A DNA stretch of 64,000 bases from a virus (Duplodnaviria; Heunggongvirae; Uroviricota; Caudoviricetes): positions 1 through 64,000 of the IMG/VR virus record IMGVR_UViG_3300020156_000001; one strand, 5' to 3'. The stretch's first letter is position 1. Each line of letters starts with the position of its first letter. Shown one piece after another: positions 19,329 through 31,400 of the stretch. The notes beneath the pieces are model-generated. The model searched no databases and had not been told where the DNA came from. It was given only the letters and a program-made list of their open reading frames with translations. The translations under genes and the position numbers were made by a program.

Positions 19329-19709
19329 TTACGACCAAGCCATCTTGAACAACATGAGATCCTGGGCGTTGTCAAACTGGAGCATCATAAAGTTTTCCGT
19401 ATAATTGGTAAACAAATTGAAGTCGGAATCAAGCATTGCTGGATGAACTATATAGCAGAAAACTTGGTACCGTATGCCCATGTCTTTGAGCCAGTCCTCG
19501 ACCTCAAGCTTTAGCGCGATGTAAGCAAGATGGTCCCCATAAGGTGCATGTTCTACGCGATCAAACCCTCTGATATTGTCTTCATAGTTAAGGCAGATGT
19601 GATACGGGTTTAGCCGAACAGATGCTGACGCCCACAAAGGCAGCTTATAACATTCACTTGGATCACCAAAGCCATAACTGCTTGGATGCTCGATTATCGC
19701 TTGTATCAT
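19329..19709 (-). CDS. Small protein, F-x4-DA-x2-FKL family
   Basis: Ends FDNAQDLMLFKMAWS; ATGA overlap. Confidence 0.7.
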   Translation of the reverse strand: MIQAIIEHPSSYGFGDPSECYKLPLWASASVRLNPYHICLNYEDNIRGFDRVEHAPYGDHLAYIALKLEVEDWLKDMGIRYQVFCYIVHPAMLDSDFNLFTNYTENFMMLQFDNAQDLMLFKMAWS

Positions 19710-20332
19710 TTAGGCTTCTCCGAACGAACTAAGCCGTTCGTGTACAAGTCAAAATGTGCGAGCTTGAATGCCATGGCATCGGTGCGATTGGTAAAGCTGA
19801 ACAACACGCTTACGGTGCCATCTGCCATTGGCATTGTGATACTCGTTTGCAGTGTGATAAGAACAGTGCCGCGGCAAGTCTCAAACAACCACTCCAAGAG
19901 ATTCTCATCATCAACAATAATGGCGCAATCTGTGAGATCACCGTGTTCGCCCTCATGTTTCATGGGCATACGAACACCAATGGAGTTTTTCAACGAACTC
20001 ATCGCAACGTCTTGGTTTTTCAGCGAAAGAGCCCACGCATAAACGCCAATTATTGGCTTGTACCATCGTGTTAGCACGTAGGTAAAACGAGTGCGGATTA
20101 CTTCCGGTGGATTATTCGCTGGCTGTGGTGCGGAAAGAATTCGATGAAACTCTTCAGCTGAGTATTTGCCATTGGGTTTAGGAATAACTCGTCCAACACT
20201 GTAACGGTCATGATCGCTAACTCCGGTGAGAGTTAGTATGGGCTTTTCCGTGCGAATACCCATGCGTGTGGTAGCTCTGTCAAATAGAGTCCACAGTTTT
20301 CGACGAATGCCATGGGTAGCTCGCACGATCAT
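19706..20332 (-). CDS. Protein with F-x4-DA-x2-FKL domain
   Basis: FTNRTDAMAFKLAHF near the C-terminus; GGAG SD, TTGACA promoter at ~20379. Confidence 0.7.
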   Translation of the reverse strand: MIVRATHGIRRKLWTLFDRATTRMGIRTEKPILTLTGVSDHDRYSVGRVIPKPNGKYSAEEFHRILSAPQPANNPPEVIRTRFTYVLTRWYKPIIGVYAWALSLKNQDVAMSSLKNSIGVRMPMKHEGEHGDLTDCAIIVDDENLLEWLFETCRGTVLITLQTSITMPMADGTVSVLFSFTNRTDAMAFKLAHFDLYTNGLVRSEKPK

Positions 20333-20479
20333 ACTCCAAGAGTTTTCATAATGCCATAGTAGCGTAGACTGGTGTTATGTCAAGGACATATAGCCAAAGT
20401 TCATGGTGTCAGATATCGTGGATTATGCCGGGAAGAGATTCCATGGGCGATTTAGTGGGAGATTTTGCGGATACTTAGG

Positions 20480-20995
20480 TTGAAGCGAAGCGAAACTTAT
20501 GATCTTCCTACAGATTAGAGGGCATGTTTATCCCCCGGATAGAACAGAACAACAAAAAGATGCTCTAGTCTATCCAGGGGATTCACTTCCTACGAGTTCG
20601 TCAGGCACCTTCAATTAAGCGATATCACGCAGGGGGTGTTCGAGAACCTGCAACTCGCCGAAATCCTAGCCCAAGGCTAAACACGGTCGTGGGGCTAACC
20701 CACACAACGCTTTATGGCAATTGAAGGTACAACCGCAAAGCGTTTTGATGATCCCTGGTCTCATCAGGAAGAGCATCAATCATTTCTCCACACCATCAGT
20801 GGGGCGACCATTTCCACTTCAAAAAGTGCTGGCAGTCCACACGTTTGGGAAATCCATTGCAAGAGGGCCCAACGTGAGTTCGTTCCAGTTGACGCAAGCA
20901 AAGCGTCTCATAGCGCCGGTCAGACTTCCCGGTATTCGCCGTTTAAAATCAAATGCTTATTAGCTGGACTATAGCTGGTTAGCAGCCAGGATTGC
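20480..20995 (-). ncRNA. Unassigned large structured RNA candidate (~520 nt)
   Basis: ~690-bp gap with no credible ORF; many inverted repeats and a pseudoknot-like pairing; minus-strand TAAATA at 20998-21003. Strand inferred. Confidence 0.6.
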
Positions 20996-21021
20996 AATAT
21001 TTAGCGGCTCCTGATTTTCGC

Positions 21022-21543
21022 TCAGGCAATCCTTACGCGGTGGTCGCCATCATAAGTTTGCCACATCATGACTTTGCAACCTTCTACCACTTTAAGAAAG
21101 TGTTGACGAATTTCCTGACGAGGCAAGCCTTCAATAAACTCGTGTGCGGCTTTGGTTAAAACAGCAAACGGTTCAACCTTTTGGTCATCAACGTCTTTGA
21201 TGTCAAAAAATGTATAACTTATGGCTTTGGTATCGTAGAATTCAATAACGTTTAGATGTCTTAGTAACTTGCAAAGAACAGTGATTTCAGCCGAGTTGGT
21301 TTCCAGCTTTTTTGCAAGCTCCATCACTGACAAATGAACGAATGGATCAATTGAGATAGTTTGTTCGCTTTGCGCCAGCTTGTTCAGCATGGCTTGATCG
21401 ACCAGCGCAGCAAAGATATCCGCCATCATGCGGTTTCGATAATCCCGCTCTGATTTAGGCAGAATGCGGTGCAGCTGGATAGCTATGCTTTCCTGAGAAG
21501 TAGCCGGATATATGCCGCGGTATGGTCTAAGTTTTAAACTCAT
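21022..21543 (-). CDS. Hypothetical protein (possible winged helix)
   Basis: 173 aa, AGGAG SD, own promoter at ~21587. Confidence 0.7.
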   Translation of the reverse strand: MSLKLRPYRGIYPATSQESIAIQLHRILPKSERDYRNRMMADIFAALVDQAMLNKLAQSEQTISIDPFVHLSVMELAKKLETNSAEITVLCKLLRHLNVIEFYDTKAISYTFFDIKDVDDQKVEPFAVLTKAAHEFIEGLPRQEIRQHFLKVVEGCKVMMWQTYDGDHRVRIA

Positions 21544-21577
21544 GATAGCTCCTATTCAATAGAAGCCTAACATAGTT

Positions 21578-21781
21578 TCAGTGGCCGTCAACCATTTCAA
21601 TGGCAACCGCATCAGTAGTGTCGAATGCGAATTGATTTTCACAACCGATCAAACGAGGGCGGCTTTCGCCCGCCTTCATGATTGCTTCAAGTTTGCTACT
21701 TGCCCGCAAGTATATTTCAACATTGGAAATTGGCAAGTAGACTTTATAAACGCCTTTGGCGTAATAGTTTCTGTAAGCCAT
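21578..21781 (-). CDS. Hypothetical protein
   Basis: 67 aa, fills minus-strand run. Confidence 0.55.
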   Translation of the reverse strand: MAYRNYYAKGVYKVYLPISNVEIYLRASSKLEAIMKAGESRPRLIGCENQFAFDTTDAVAIEMVDGH

Positions 21782-21810
21782 GTCCGCTTTATTGCATAAA
21801 AGGCAGACGT

Positions 21811-22359
21811 TTACAAGCTTCGATTAGTATAAGTTCCCGCTAGTAATAAATGAGTAAGATCGTACTTGCGAACTCGCTCAAGGATATCGTAGCGCACGCG
21901 GTCAAGAACTGAATGTTTGGCCAGCCAATCCCAAAGCGACTCTTTTAGCTGATCCTCGGTAATATCGCCTCCGCAGAACTTGGTCAAAAACAAGTGGGGG
22001 ATAACAATCCCATGGGGATTCATATCAATGAGACCACCAAGCTTGAGTGTGAGAAACTCGGTATACCAACCCGAGAACTCACATCCTCTGGCACCAGTAA
22101 TATCCAGCCGCGCATCTGGGCCGTTTAGAATTTTGAGAACATCCAACAGCCGTACCTCAAGAGTTTTGCCAGGCTCCAAAGTCAAGCGTGCAAGCATGGC
22201 CGAGGACTTGATCGCTTTGAAAACCCTGTACAGGGATTCTCTTGTTGGACTGTGGCAGCCGTTGGCACGAAGCTTTTCATGAACCCCATCCAGGCTCATT
22301 GTAGTTGAATTGAACTGAGCTTCTGCAAGCAAGAACATAGCAACACCTTTTTTGCTCAT
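21811..22359 (-). CDS. Hypothetical protein
   Basis: 182 aa, below TTGACT promoter at 22381. Confidence 0.65.
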   Translation of the reverse strand: MSKKGVAMFLLAEAQFNSTTMSLDGVHEKLRANGCHSPTRESLYRVFKAIKSSAMLARLTLEPGKTLEVRLLDVLKILNGPDARLDITGARGCEFSGWYTEFLTLKLGGLIDMNPHGIVIPHLFLTKFCGGDITEDQLKESLWDWLAKHSVLDRVRYDILERVRKYDLTHLLLAGTYTNRSL

Positions 22360-22412
22360 ATAATTTTAGAAAACCAGGAAGTCAACCACGCATTTTACAG
22401 TTTCCAAGCACC

Positions 22413-22420
22413 TATAAATA
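22413..22420 (+). promoter_or_regulatory. T4-like late promoter TATAAATA
   Basis: Exact consensus ~40 bp before the giant FG-GAP gene, back to back with a minus-strand TTGACT promoter. Confidence 0.75.
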
Positions 22421-22459
22421 GATGAACATTTGAAAATCCCCGCATGGAGAACTCAACTC

Positions 22460-25400
22460 ATGGGCGTCAAAGCTACTGACTTCGGCAGCATTCTCATTGA
22501 AAAACACGTTGGCTTTCGTGGTGAACTAAGGTTCCCAGAAACCTTCTTGCCTACAAAGCAAGTTGGTGCTGGTACCTTTGGTCGTAACGCTGGCGATAAC
22601 TTTGGCTACTCCGTTAGTATTGACGGTATGTTGGCTGCGGTTGGTGTTCCTGCACAAGACTATAACGAAGATGGTGAACTAAGCAAAGCTGATGCGGGTG
22701 CAGTTTTTGTTTACCGTCGTAACCGCGATTCTTGGGAATTCGCTTACAAGATTTCCGCTCCAGAAGCTGATAGAGAAGAAGCCGATAACTTTGGCTACTC
22801 GGTTAGCTTGAAGGGCAATGTTCTCGTTGTTGGCTCTCCAAAGCACGCCGTTGACGCAGCACAGGCTAATCCAATTATTGGTGGTGGCGCTGCTTTTGTC
22901 TACAACATTGTTGCTGATGCCTTTGAACTAGAAGCAAAGCTAGTTCCTGCGGTTCGCGACGAAGATGACAATTTTGGTTCCGTAGTCAGCGCGTTCAAAG
23001 ACATCGTTTATGTGGGTTCTCATGCTCACGGCCGTAACGAACTGGAAGCACTTGATGCTCCTGCGGCTGGTGCAGTTTGGGCATTTGCTCGTAACTCGGA
23101 AACTGCTTCTTGGTCTCTTACAAAGAAGATTGTTGCCGGTGGTAACGATCGCAATCCAAATGACCAGTTTGGCTCCGCTGTTAGCGCACACAAGAACATT
23201 TTGGCTGTTGGCGTTCCAAACTACGATTACATCAGCAAGGGTATGGACCTTAAAACAAATGCTGGTGCGGTTTATGTATTTGAATGGAACACAGACCACT
23301 GGGTTTATCGTAGTCTAATCGTTGCTGCGGATCGCGCTGAAGGTGATCAGTTTGGTTCTGCCATTAGCGTATTCGACAAGCGCATTGCAATTGGCGCTCC
23401 AGGTAAGAACAAGGTTTACGTTTACGCACAGGACATCCTGGGCAACTACGTGTTGGCGTCCACTGCGGCTCCAACAATGCCAGTTCTCGCTGATGATCTA
23501 GAGCAGCCAACTTCTGCTACTCTCGTTGATGGCGCAAAGTTTGGTCAAGCTTTGAGCTTGAACGCTGATACTCTTGTTGTTGGTGCTCCAAATCAGCGCG
23601 GTCTTACCGTTGTTAGCATTGATCCACTTCCAGAGGATGCCGAAGAAGGCACACTAAAAACTTGGACTGGTTCGGAAACACCAAACGTTGGTTACGTATA
23701 CGTTTATGCTGTTGACGCTGATAGCAAGCTAACTCAAATCAATAAGTTTACAAGTGTTGATCGCCTAGAAGCGGGTCACGCTTTGGACAATGGTAACTTT
23801 GGTTCTTCCGTAAGTGTTGGTACTGATATTATCGTAGTTGGTGAACCTAATGCAAACGTTGGCTCCGCTGGCACCGACTATAAAACAAACGCTGGTACAG
23901 CTCATATCTATGTTCGCACCAACGGCACATTTGCTCACTCCAAGACCGTAGAAGGCTTCTACGTTGACCGCAACGATCAAGACGCATTTGCAACGGCTTT
24001 TGCACAGAACGATCGCTTTATGGTGTTTACAGCACCTGGTCAGGATTACGACACAAACAATGAGAACTACGTTAGCAACGCAGGTGCTGCTTATGTTTGG
24101 GAAAATGTTGCGGGCACTTGGACATATCGTCAAAAACTAGCGGCTGCTGATCGTTTTGCTGAAGCGGCTTTTGGTTCAAACGTTGAAATCCTAGGCGAAA
24201 CACTTTTCATTCAAGCAGCTCGTCCAAATAGCTCGGGTGCTGTTCATGTGTTTGCTTTGGAAAATGGCGCATTTGTTGAAAAGCAGCGCATTGTTCACGC
24301 CGACGCACTAGCCGGTGATATGTTTGGTTCGGTAATGCTGGCTCGTGATTCGCGCTTGTTTATCGCTTCGACCACAGTTGCCGCAAATGGCACTAACAAT
24401 CACGGCGCAGTATTCGCATACAATCTAGTTGATGGTCTTTACGAGTTTGCTTCCAAGATCGTTCCAACAACCCTTCAGTCGGCTTCGCGCTTTGGTAGCT
24501 CGCTAAGCTTGAACAACAATTTGTTGGCTGTTGGCGCTCCTGGTCATTCAACAGATTCCGGCAATGGTAACCCACTTGGTGAAGCCGGCGCAGTATTCTT
24601 GTTTACACCAGTTGAAGCTGGTTGGGAGCAAGTTGCAAAGATTGCTGGTCCAGGTACGGATCGCAACGCAAATGATTACATGGGCTTTGCTGTTGCTCGC
24701 AACGCAAACATGATTGCCGTGGGTATCCCAGGTGCAAACTATGACGCTGGTGTTTCAGTATACAAGGACTCAGCTGGTAAAGTTCAGTTGTTCTCCCGCG
24801 ATGGTATGGGTTGGAAACTTGAAGCTTCGTTGGATTCTCCAAACCGTTCCGTAATGGGTAGCTTTGGTCACTCCGTAGCAATGAGTGATACTCGCATTGT
24901 TGTTGGTGCACCAGGTGAACCCGAAGCGTTGGCTGGCACTTACGGCACAGGTCTTGCTTATGTTTGGGAAAAGGTAGCCGGTGAATGGGCAGTGGTAGCA
25001 ACTCTCAGCAATGATGAGATGCCTGCTTATGATCGTCGCTTTGGTTTTGCAGTCGCGATTGATGGCGATCGCGTTATCGTTGGCGAACCCAACTCTCGCA
25101 CTACAAGCGAAAATTCAACTGTTGTGGCAGCGGCTGGCGCGGCTTGGATCTTTGAAAAGAAGAACGGCTCTTGGAACAAAGTTTCCAAGCTTACCGCACA
25201 AGCTCTTGCGGGTCGTACTGCAAATGCAAACTTTGGTTTCTCCGTTGATATTCGCGGCACAATGGCTGTTGTGGGCGCTCCTTATGATACAACAAACGAT
25301 GTAGGCGCGGTAACTCTAGCCAATGCAGGTTCCACTTACGTATTCCGTCGCGCTGAATCTAGCGAAGGCGTTGTAAGCTGGAATCCTGAAAAGAAACTAG

Positions 25401-28400
25401 CAGGTTGGGCACAGGATCGTAACACGGATGACCGCTTTGGTTCTGCTATTGCAGCGTATGGTAACTGGGTTGTTGTTGGTGCAACTGGTCACGACTTTGA
25501 CTTGAATCGTGAAAACTTTGTGGATAACGCTGGTGCACTATTTGTTTACGAATGGGTAAACCGTGCGCTTGTTTATCGTCAAAAGCTTGTCGCACATAAC
25601 AATGCGGATCGTGTCGCAGACACTGGCTTTGGTTCAGTTGTTGCAATCAACTCCTTTACAATCGTTGCAAGCGCGCCAAATCTAAAGTCGGCCACTTCTC
25701 AGTATCGTGGTAAGGTTTGGACTTGGAAGCTTGAGAATGGTGCATGGGTTAAGGATCGTACTTTTGTATGTGCGAACTCTTCGGATCGCGATTCCACAAA
25801 CACATCCAGTACAACACGTTTTGGTTCTTCTCTCGCACTTAGCGATACAGTATTGGCTATTGGTAGCCCAGCAAGCGGCTTTGGTGCAACTTCCACCCAC
25901 GTTGATCGTGCTGGTGCTGTTGAAGTTTATCGCTTTGTTGAAAACGCATGGGCGTTTGAGAAAACGCTTGTAAGCGCACTTCGCAAAGCTGGTGATGAAT
26001 TTGGTACAACTATTGCGGTTCGTGACAATCTAATCGTTGTCGGCGGTATTGCTCCACAGTCTTCGACTCCATCGTTGGGTGCGGATACGCTTAACTATGG
26101 TGGTGGTGCAGCTTGGGTATTCCAGCAAGCCGGTGGTAACTGGAACCTAATCCAAAAGCTATCTCGCGGTGATGAAGCTGCAAACGTAAACCAGTTTGGT
26201 ACGGCTGTTCGTATCAGCGGCGACACAATGGTTGTTGGTGCTCCTGGTCACGTTTACGATGTAAATGGTCGTGACTTCAAGGTTGGTGCAGGTGCTGCCT
26301 ACGTATTCAAAATGACGGTTGATGGTTGGAAGTACAACACAACCCTACACGCACCGGATCGCGCTGAAAACCAATTGTTTGGTACTGATGTTGTGGTCAA
26401 GGACGATTTGATTTGGGTTGGTGCTCCTGGCGCGCTAAACGGCGGTGTTGTTTCGGGTGCTGTTTATGGCTTCCGTCGTGCAACTACTGGCGTTGAAACT
26501 CGTCGTACTCGTCGTGTTGCACGTTTTGTTGGTACTGGTGCAAATCAAACATTCACAGTTCCCGCAGGTATCGAAGAAGTTACCGCTTACATTTGGGGTG
26601 CTGGTGGTGCCGTAAACACCTCAGTTTCTGATGGTGGTAACGGCGGCTTTGTCCGTGTTAAGATTCCAGTAACACCGGGTGAGGAACTCACACTGGCTGT
26701 TGGTACTTCTCCAGCGGCTAATACTGGTGCTGGTGGCGGACGCTCTGAAATCCTACGTGGTGCTTCAACTCTTGCTGTTGCCGGTGGTGGCGGTGGTACT
26801 CCTGGTTTCGCACATGGTGGTGTTTGGGTTGGTACTGCAGGTTCGGCTGGCGCAAATGGTTCCTCTGGAACTGAAGCAGTTCTAGCGGGTCTCGCAGGTA
26901 CATCAAACGCTGGTGGTCTATCCCGTACAAGCACAGGCTACCTAAGTGGTAACGCTGGCTTGTTTAAGATGGGCGGCAATGGCCCAACTTATGAAGGTGC
27001 AACCTATTACACAGGTGGCTGGCCAAATGGTGGTTCTTCCACAGTTGGTGCGAATAGTTCGTTTGCTATCGGTGGTGGCGGTGACGGCTGGTATGGTGGC
27101 TCCGCAGGTGCAGTTGATCTAACTGCATCTTATCTTACAGCACCAGCCGGTGGTGGTAGCTCTTATATCGCTCCTGGTCTAACCGGTTATATGGGTTCGG
27201 TTAAAACTGAATACGATGATGCTTTTGCTTACCTAAGTGTTCTTGACAACACAGATGCACTAGCTTCCCGTCCAGCTGTTGTAAATCGCGATGGTATGGT
27301 TGTTGTTGAATGGTATGAAACATACGAGTCCAACGACTGGACTTTTGAACAACGCTTGAACATGACCACAAAGCCAATCAATGCCAACCTAGAGTTTGGT
27401 AAGACATTGGCATTTGATGGCGCAACACTGGTTGTTGGTAGCCCTGGTGATATCCATTCCCCATCTGGTGTAAACGTTGGCTTTGCCGCAGGTAGTGCCG
27501 CAGTTTATGAATTCAACGGCTTTGAATGGCAAGAATCGGCTGTTCTATTCCAGTTCGGTTTGAATTCCTATGCAAACGTCAATGCAATGTTTACCCACAG
27601 CATTAGCGTTCACGAAGACTACATCATCATTGGTGCTCCAAATCACAGCTATGATGAAGCTGGCGCAGAAGCTATGAATGGTGCGGGTATCGCTTACTTA
27701 TATCGTAAGGTTGCTGGTGCTTGGACAAACGTTCAGCGTTTGGGTCCATTGGGTTCCCAACGCAATAGCAACGATCTAATTGGTCACTCCATCCTATCCC
27801 AAGACGACTGGGTATTTGTTGGTATTCCAGGTCAGGAATACGATGCTGAAAACGCAAACAAGGTAACCAACGCAGGTGCGGTTAACGTTTGGAAGTGGGA
27901 AGGCTCCACACTAACATTCAAGCAAAAACTTACTGCACCATTTGCCGAGCGTAAGCTCAACAAGCAATTTGGTTGGGTTCTCGACTACGTTGATGGTCAG
28001 CTCTACGTAAGCAGCCCAGGTTCTCTTGTAGGTGGTACAGAAAATCTAGAAACTGCTGGTTCTCTCAATGTGTTTGGTCTTGAGGGTGATACTTGGGTTC
28101 CTGTTCAGACAATCAACCCACCGTTCTCCGCTCCTGGTTCCACACTGTTTGGTTATGATTTTGCAGTATCGCAGGATGCCCTAGCTATTACTGCCCCAGG
28201 CTCTGCAATGGATGCAATCAGCTTGGCTAACTTGACATGGCTTGCTTATCGTCCACAGGGCGATGCCAAGTACATTACACTTCAAATGCAAGAGTGGTCT
28301 GTGGAGCTTTCTTGCTTCCGTCCAGACTCCAGTTCTGCAACTTTGCTAAGCACGGAAACTCCAACAGGTCCAGGTAGTCTCTCGCTTAACGCTGCTGGTT

Positions 28401-31400
28401 TCGGAAGTCTCGAGCTTGTGGTAAGTGGGGTAAAACGCGGCGAAACTCTAGCATTTGGAACTAACGCTTGGAATCGCGTGATCATCCAGCGCAGTGGCAA
28501 CACAATGAGCTTCCACGTTAATGGAACTCAGGTAGCGTCTTGGGAAATCACTGGTCCATCGGATGTTCCTTATGGTCTTGGTGCTGGTATTATCCTTGGT
28601 AACACAGCGGGTAATGCTGATTCTGAAAAGCGTTACGAATACATTCGTGTCAACACCGAAGCTCTAATTCCAGCGGAAGCGTTCGATGACAACATGGGTC
28701 GTCGTCCATCGACAATCATGTATGCGAACTTCCGTTCCAACTACTTGGACATCGTTGAAGCATATGCGGCTACACCTGAAACACGTAACATTTCCAACGT
28801 ACCAACATTCGCACTAATCCCGGGTAAGACTTCCTCTGCAATTGCAGGTCAAGTTCACTTCTACAAGCGCGACAATGGTGTTTGGTCTTACGATCAATCG
28901 GTTCAGCCTTCGGGTCCAGTAACCGCAGGAGATCGTTTTGGTCACTCTGTGGATCTTGTTGAAGATTTCATGGTTGTTGGTTCTCCAATCCACAACTTGG
29001 ATCAAAGCAACGTTCGCCCACTTAGCAACTCTGGTGCAGTTTGGTTCTTCCAGCGCGTTGATTCCTCTTGGGTTCAACAGCAAAAGTTGTCGATGATCGG
29101 CGACGAAATGGTAAACGGCGAAGAAACTGGCGCAACAGTTGAATCCGCTGGAAACGTTATTGCTGTGGCTGCAACTCGTCATCCATACGATGATCAGGGT
29201 GAGAACTTTAGAGAATATGCAGGTGCTGTTTATGTATGGCGCTTTGAAAACGATACTTGGGTAATTGAACAAAAGATCGTTGCAAGCAACCGTCAAACAC
29301 GAGCCAACTTTGGTTACTCCATTGCAATAACCGACACGCTTATGGTTATTGGTGCACCATCAAATGATGATGCAACCAAGCCAGGCCAAGCATTTGTTTA
29401 TCGTAAGGAAGCCGGTGATACGGGTCTTTATCCTTGGAAATCCGAAGGCGAGCTAATTGCCCCAGGTACAAACGACCGTAAGCCAGGCGACAAGTTTGGT
29501 TATGCCGTTGCAATCAACAGCGATAACGAAGTTATGGTTGGTGCTCCACTGCACGACTTTAATGCTGCTGGCGCAAATGAACTTGCTGATGCTGGTGCGA
29601 TCTTTGTATTCAAGAAGGATACTTCTTGGACTCTATCCCAGAAGCTAACTGCAAATGCAATGCACAAGGGTGTTGCTGGTACAGTTGGTCGCGCTGCTGG
29701 CGAACAATTTGGTTCATCGATCACAACGTTTGGTAATGATCTAATTGTGGGTCAGCCATTCCGTGCAAATGATGCGCGTGGTCAAATGCCAGTTAGCCAA
29801 GCTGGTGGTGCCATTGTATTCACACGCGATAACGCAGATGCACTTTGGGAACAGACACAGATCATCGTTCCACAAATGCGCAACTCCGTGGCAAACGAAT
29901 ACGTTGGTAATGCTGTTTCCGGTTGGGGCGATATCTTCGTAGCTGGTTCTCCAATGAACAACTACGATGGTGACAACGACAATTACATGCAAAATGCTGG
30001 TGCCGTATATGTATGGCAAAAGCAGGGTTCGGAATGGAAGAACATTCAGAAGATCGCAGCGGTCAGCGCAAATGGTATCAATCGTCAGTCCAACGCGTTC
30101 TTTGGTGCATCGCTTATCCTTCATGAGGATATGCTAATTGTTGGTGCTCCTCAAACAACACAACAATTTACAGTTCCATCAACAACCAATGAGCAAGTTG
30201 GTGCGGTATTCATCTACAAGCTGGTAGATGGTAAATTCGAGTTCCAATACTCATTCCGTCCAGATGCTTCGGCTTCAAATTACAAGAACTACCGCTTTGG
30301 TTATTCTTTGGATTATGATGGTTCCACACTTATTGTTGGTGCCAACAATGCGGCTCAAACAAACACTGCACTTGATGGTTTTGGTCGCGCTTACTTCTTC
30401 GAACTAAATGAGGAAGGTGTATTCGAACAAACTGGTATGGTTGTTCCAAAGACAGCCCCAGCGCAAAGCATGAGCTATGGTACTTCGGTAAGCGTGCATG
30501 GTGATCTTGCTGTGGCAAGCTCCTCTACAGCTCTTAGCGGTGGCCATCCTGGCCGTGTTGTTATCATGCAGCGCATCGAAGGCACATGGGCCGAAGTTGA
30601 CATGGTTTTGGCTCAGGATCAAATGGCCGACAGTGGCTCGCAGTTTGGTTTTACTATTGAGTTTAGTGCGGACAATTCCAAAATGTTCGTTGGTGCACCA
30701 AACACCAGCTATGATCGCTTGAATCGTTTGGTATCAAATGGTGGTGCAGTATTCTTCTTTGAGAACGATAACGGCACTTGGGTATTCCGTCAGCGCATTA
30801 CACCGGTTGGTCAAAACTACCATCATGCGAATTCACAGTTTGGTTATTCGATCAGCTATAACAACGAACTAGGTTTGTTGTTCGTTGGCGCCCCAGGCAA
30901 TACCTACAACGGCATCGGCAATAGTATTGCGGCTCGTTATGGTGCAGTATTCGAGTTCAACCAGGACGAAGATGGCTTCTTCTATACAAAGAGCCGTATC
31001 CTTCCTGATCCCGCTTATGGTATGAACGGCTCCAACGACTTTGGCTACAAGATCCATTCGGAAGCTAATATGTTGTTGGCAAGTGCGCCAGGTAACACTT
31101 ATGGCAACCTCTCAACTGATCCGGCTGCTACTGCAATGGGTGGCATTCTCGCATTCCGTTTGGTGGATGAGAATTGGCTATTCATCCGCAAGATTATCCC
31201 AGAAGGTCGTAACACTGCGGTTGCAAACCGTCGCTTTGGTGAAGTGTTCAAGTACAAGGACAGCTTGCTTGCTGTGGGCGTTCCAAACAACCGTCACGAC
31301 GAATACGGCACAGACTTGTTCGATGGCTATGGCTCGGTATTCGTTTACAAGGTAGAAAGCCTAGACGCGCTTACAGTGGAATTTGTAGGTGGTAAGTTTA

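Noticed and set aside
20714-20974. Plus-strand 80-86 aa ORFs in the 20.4-21.0 kb gap
   Set aside because: No SD, against local gene direction, overlap dense RNA helices.
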